Below, piece after piece: positions 63,157 to 64,000 of a DNA stretch of 64,000 nt. The notes under the pieces were generated by a model. It was not told the DNA's origin. It searched no databases and saw only the letters and a program-made list of their open reading frames with translations. How positions within the stretch are numbered: position 1 is the stretch's first letter; the number at the start of each line of letters is the position of its first letter. This DNA comes from Squalus acanthias (lineage: Eukaryota), in contig CM059452.1 in assembly GCA_030390025.1 (NCBI GenBank), positions 10,044,001-10,108,000 on the forward strand, read 5' to 3'. The translations under genes and the position numbers were made by a program.

Positions 63157-63195
63157 CACAGTGATGGAAAGCAGTCTCAGCCCTGTACAAAAACT
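63157..63195 (+). promoter_or_regulatory. Recombination signal sequence, 23-bp spacer
   Basis: CACAGTG + atggaaagcagtctcagccctgt (23 nt) + ACAAAAACT. Confidence 0.95.
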
Positions 63196-63439
63196 GCCAA
63201 TGGACTGTAGGGCTAAGCTCCTGTCTGTTGAGGTTGTGTGGAATCGCGGCAGATGCAGCCACAATGTGCAGCGCGCTGTCAGGCGCTCAAACACACGCCG
63301 AGAGGAAACCAAATTAACCTCGGATCAAACTGTCATCCAACTGTTTCCAGGAGCGGCCGAGAAAACAAACAGCAGAATCCAATCGGCCCGAAAGATCGAT
63401 CACAGAATGAACCGACCGGTTAAACTGTCCTTTCTGGTT

Positions 63440-63810
63440 TGATCTTTAGACGTAGAGAAGATGTTTCCACTTGCGTGCAAGACAAGAACACGAGGCCATG
63501 AATTAATCACTGATAATTCCAAAAAGGGAATTCAGGTGAAACCTCTTTACCCAGAGAGGGGTTAGAATGTGGAACTCGCTCCACTGGGAGTGGTTGAAAC
63601 AAATCGGAAGATTCGAGTCATCCTTACCGGCAATAAATAGAATGGATTCATTTAAGCTGATGCTCGGTAAGCACATTAGGGAAGAAAGGAACAGAAATAT
63701 ATGTTGATGCGGTTAAATGAAGCGGGATGGGAGGACGCTCGTGTGGAGCATAAACACCGACACGGACCTGTTGGGCCGAATGGCCTGTTTCTGTGCAGTA
63801 AATACTTTCT
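63440..63810 (+). mobile_element. Old CR1 3' fragment
   Basis: TRTRGH and FTQRGVRMWNSL remnants with a CR1-type 3' UTR. Confidence 0.7.
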
Positions 63811-64000
63811 TATACTTTATAAACAGAGACATGTTCTAGTTCAGCAATAACTGAGACTGAGTCTAATGTAATGTAAACAGAGACTTGGTCCAGTGTTGTA
63901 ATAACAGAGACTGTGCTGCTGCAATATATACAGAGACATGGTCTAGTGCAGTAAAAACTGAGTCAGGACCGAGCATAATATAATCAGTGCCATGCATATA

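Noticed and set aside
62888-63442. 184-aa ORF as a complete gene
   Set aside because: It is the V exon read through the RSS into non-coding DNA; the real start is in the leader exon

Overview
Vertebrate genomic DNA, most likely from a cartilaginous fish (inferred from CR1-LINE dominance, the Penelope and Deu-type SINE families, KRAB-less zinc-finger genes and a T-cell-receptor V segment). Positions 1-60600 hold a rapidly evolving cluster of about ten C2H2 zinc-finger (ZNF) genes or remnants in both orientations. It was built by direct and inverted segmental duplication and is heavily interrupted by CR1 LINEs (some nested), Penelope-like elements carrying minimal hammerhead ribozymes, SINEs, a Harbinger-type MITE, Vingi and Tx1 fragments and several minisatellites. 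After a 200-N assembly gap (60601-60800) lies an apparently intact TCR alpha/delta-type V gene with leader exon, V exon and 23-RSS. The most unusual observations are these. (1) Five ZNF paralogs share the same two in-frame TGA codons at DNA-contacting helix positions, followed by a variable ATG/ACG/ACA codon in a strong Kozak context. (2) A frame-preserved 17-codon extension follows the terminal stop in most copies; together with (1) this hints at uORF, readthrough or non-AUG control of the family, though shared descent from a damaged ancestor is not excluded. (3) A palindromic bidirectional promoter has mirror-image putative first exons. (4) A PEBP1/RKIP exon-1 plus intron fragment is fused to a truncated CR1. 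Repeat boundaries are read by eye and are approximate.
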